From the NCBI GenBank assembly GCA_011109175.1, contig RDEW01000033.1, positions 1 through 64,000 of the forward strand: a DNA stretch of 64,000 bases, given 5' to 3'. The notes beneath the pieces were generated by a model. It was given only the letters and a program-made list of their open reading frames with translations. It was not told where the DNA came from and searched no databases. The position numbers and the translations under genes are program-made. The DNA is from Dicyema japonicum (Eukaryota > Animalia > Dicyemida). Shown here piece after piece: positions 61,380 to 64,000 of the stretch. Every line of letters starts with the position of its first letter. Positions within the stretch are counted from its first letter, which is position 1.

Positions 61380-62120
61380 GATACCATATGCTAAAAGTCA
61401 TTCAAGGATCTAATGGTGTCATCTAATCAACATTGCCGTGCTTGTTTGTTGTTAGGGACGTCTCCCAAAAGTGGAGCCTGGCTCAATGCCATTCCAAGTG
61501 GTGTTTTGTGTAACTTTCTGAATGATGAATGTGGTCATATTGGGATTTCATTACGACTCAGATTGAAAATCTATGTGCCGCATCCATGTCGATGCTTGGA
61601 CTAGGTTGACTGCTTTGACTTGCATTCATTCTCTGCAGGAAGAGTGAGGGCAGATCTCCCAGACACATGGCCTTGAACGAAATTGTTAGACGAGTTTTGG
61701 ATGCTGCCAAACACCCTTCTATGTTTTTGCAGACGTGACGGAAAACGACCCGATGGGAAGACCATCTTCCCCGTTGAAGCTGAGAAACCTCTTGTCTAGG
61801 ACGTCGCCTATAACGACACGTTCGACACTTGCAACATACATCAAAGTACCTTGGAGTCTGCTCGGCCACTATAAAACCCGAATTGCTGAAGAGAAATAAA
61901 CATGCGGATTAACCTAATGGAATGCAGTTTATTCAACTCGCTGTAGAAACTTCCGGTGCCATAAGACCCTCGACAGTAGAATTTTTGAATTGATTGAGGG
62001 GGCAGATTTCCTGAGCTTGGGCAATCTTCGATCGTCGCTGGCTATCCGAGCGATTTTCGCTAGCTATTGTGAGACGGAATAACCATGCTAATTTTTTAGA
62101 TTTATTTATCGGAGTATGCA
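61380..62120 (+). mobile_element. CRE-clade 3' part, decayed
   Basis: SGAWLNAIPS, LRLRLKIYVPHPCRC, LHSFSCRKS.GR.PRH, RPDGKTIFP and AVETSGA. Confidence 0.8.
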
Positions 62121-62189
62121 TTAACTTTTGTTTTGTGATTGTCTATGTAGTGTAGCATGCCTTTAGTTCGAATTTCAATGCTGTAAATC

Positions 62190-62440
62190 CAACTAAAGGT
62201 TCCATGCATCTTCGATGATTTGACTTGACGAGTGACACCGTCATCAGTGAACATCTCACTGTGGAACCGGATCATCTACAAAAGAACTCACATCTAACAA
62301 AAAAGAAGTGAAGAGCTTTCCTTGGTTCTCCCTCCACCATTAGTTATGATAACTGTTTTTTACTTAAAATAAAGTGTTTGTCTTACCTGGGAGTAGCTAT
62401 ACCTTATATGGCTCTTCGTATAGTGCAGTATTATTATTAG
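62190..62440 (+). mobile_element. Family B LINE-like 3' end
   Basis: Revcomp homologue of 17565-17812, with AATAAAGTG, a hairpin and a TATTATTATTAG tail. Confidence 0.6.
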
Positions 62441-62462
62441 CAGCGAAATTCGAAGGAATTGT

Positions 62463-62586
62463 AATTTCAGTATCTCTATCGGATTAATTTCATCACAACC
62501 TTTAGTTAGTCTCTTGATGACTTCACATTCCGTCCATGACCTTTGGTCCTGCGAAAGTGCGGTATTATTAGCACAATTTGCTAGCT
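62463..62586 (+). repeat. Exact 124-bp copy of 59354-59477
   Basis: Base-by-base identity, preceded by a 15-nt inverted copy (62445-62459) of 59345-59359. Confidence 0.92.
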
Positions 62587-62799
62587 TTTGTGGAAGGCTA
62601 CGCTATGCAGTTCGGTTAGCTCACAGCCAGCTATCAATCGATATAGCTTAGTTATTATTATAGATTTAAGCTTAATCTATTAATTTTTTACTTATTCTAT
62701 AATTTTTTACTTAGGATATACAATATTCGCACTTTTTCTATCTTTTGTGTATACTGAGATTATCTTCTGAACCTACTCTTGAAGAATAATGCAGCGGCA

Positions 62800-64000
62800 T
62801 CTGTGAGAAGACAGAATAATTTTCGTGGAAACACGAGAGGCTTAGGTTTAATAATTCCCCCGCACCACAATTGAGAAACTAGAGGTCGACAGATTGATGA
62901 TAAATGAAAAGACGTTGCAGAGCAGGATGAAAGACACAAAATTGGAAGATATCGGGTGTGCAACAGAAAGTCAAAGGAACTAACAGACTGAACAACGAAT
63001 TTAATGGATGTGGCCAACTTAAACTTAATGGATGTGGTGGTCCTGAACATGAAAAAGTCATTCCTCCAAGAAAAGTAAGGAGAGGCCTAAAGATTATGCC
63101 TGTGAACACCTGGTCTGCTGTAAAGAAGCTTCACGAGCCGGCATCCTAGAAGGCAGACATCATAGTTGTTAACGAAACAAAATCCAAGAAGGAATTACTG
63201 ACGATAGACAGATAGCAAGCTAGTCTTTGACTTGGAAAGATGAATCTGTAGGGGAGACGACAAAGTCCATTTTCTAAGGTTGGCATCTTTGAGTTTGCTT
63301 CGATATTTTGTGAATTTCCAGCGATTTTAGTATTCTACTTCGACAGGTGGATTCTGTTGGTGACTGTACTCGAAAAACCAAATGCGCGGATGAGATTGGA
63401 GATTACTTCAATTATATAGGAGAGTAAATTATGATTGGTAACCTCAACTCCAAACACCAGAACGTTGGATGGGGAGTACGAACCATGGTGAACACTTACT
63501 GAAGAAACTATCTGACTAGCAAGAATTCTATGTGCTGACGTCTGAGAAAGTCAACTACTTCCCACCTTATGGAAGAGATAAACTCGGAATGTTTCTTGTC
63601 TCCCCCTTCTTATGGAGCCCCCAAAGATATTAAGTGAGATAAAAAATGATCACGCTCCTCAATGATCAACCTTGAAATGAAAAAAGCCCCAGAGTGTTCA
63701 TAGACTGCAAAGCCAGTTCCGCGAGAGTCACACAGGATATTCGTTGCCACTAAGTTGGCCGAATTTTGGATCTCTCTTGACGACGGGGGAAATCGATCAG
63801 AGGAGCATGGAGATAAGCAACATAATGACAAGGTACCTGGGAAGTTATAAAAAACAGATTTAATCTAAATAAAATTCCGGACGGGACGGAGAAACGGTTT
63901 GTGAGTTCTCCTCAAACAGAGTGTAGGCTAACAAATGTTCGTTTTTGTGCCATCCTGGAATTGGGTGTACCTGAGACTAGTGGATCACATGACTACACTC
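62800..64000 (+). mobile_element. LINE ORF1 end and APE region, same family as 18800-20690; runs off window
   Basis: IMPVNTWS..ADIIVVNETK and a GDLNS-like motif. DNA similarity to 20220-20270. Confidence 0.65.

Overview
AT-rich eukaryotic DNA from an animal: it carries a Smad, an SLC6 transporter, HP1 and Cabin1. Every spliced host gene is broken by micro-introns of about 19-27 nt (GT-AG, one GC-AG). That points to a highly derived parasite lineage such as a dicyemid or myxozoan, which is inference, not identification. Recognisable host genes are an SLC17 transporter, an SLC6 transporter, RPS7, GET3/ASNA1, CABIN1, a divergent Smad, HP1, PFDN6 and NDUFA7. Roughly half or more of the window is decayed, often nested transposable elements: hAT (Buster and SPIN-like), pogo/Tigger, a Ginger2/TDD-like integrase element, CRE-clade and R4/NeSL-like RLE retrotransposons, and RTE, CR1-like and I/Jockey-group LINEs. 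The most striking observation is that transposase or integrase genes of four different DNA-transposon families carry host-sized 22-29 nt spliceosomal introns. Other oddities are exact short templated duplications a few kb from their source (one with an inverted flank), a tandemly duplicated putative secreted-protein locus and a Smad without SSXS. Many one-base indels in homopolymers of essential genes suggest long-read assembly error, so frameshift-based conclusions are tentative.
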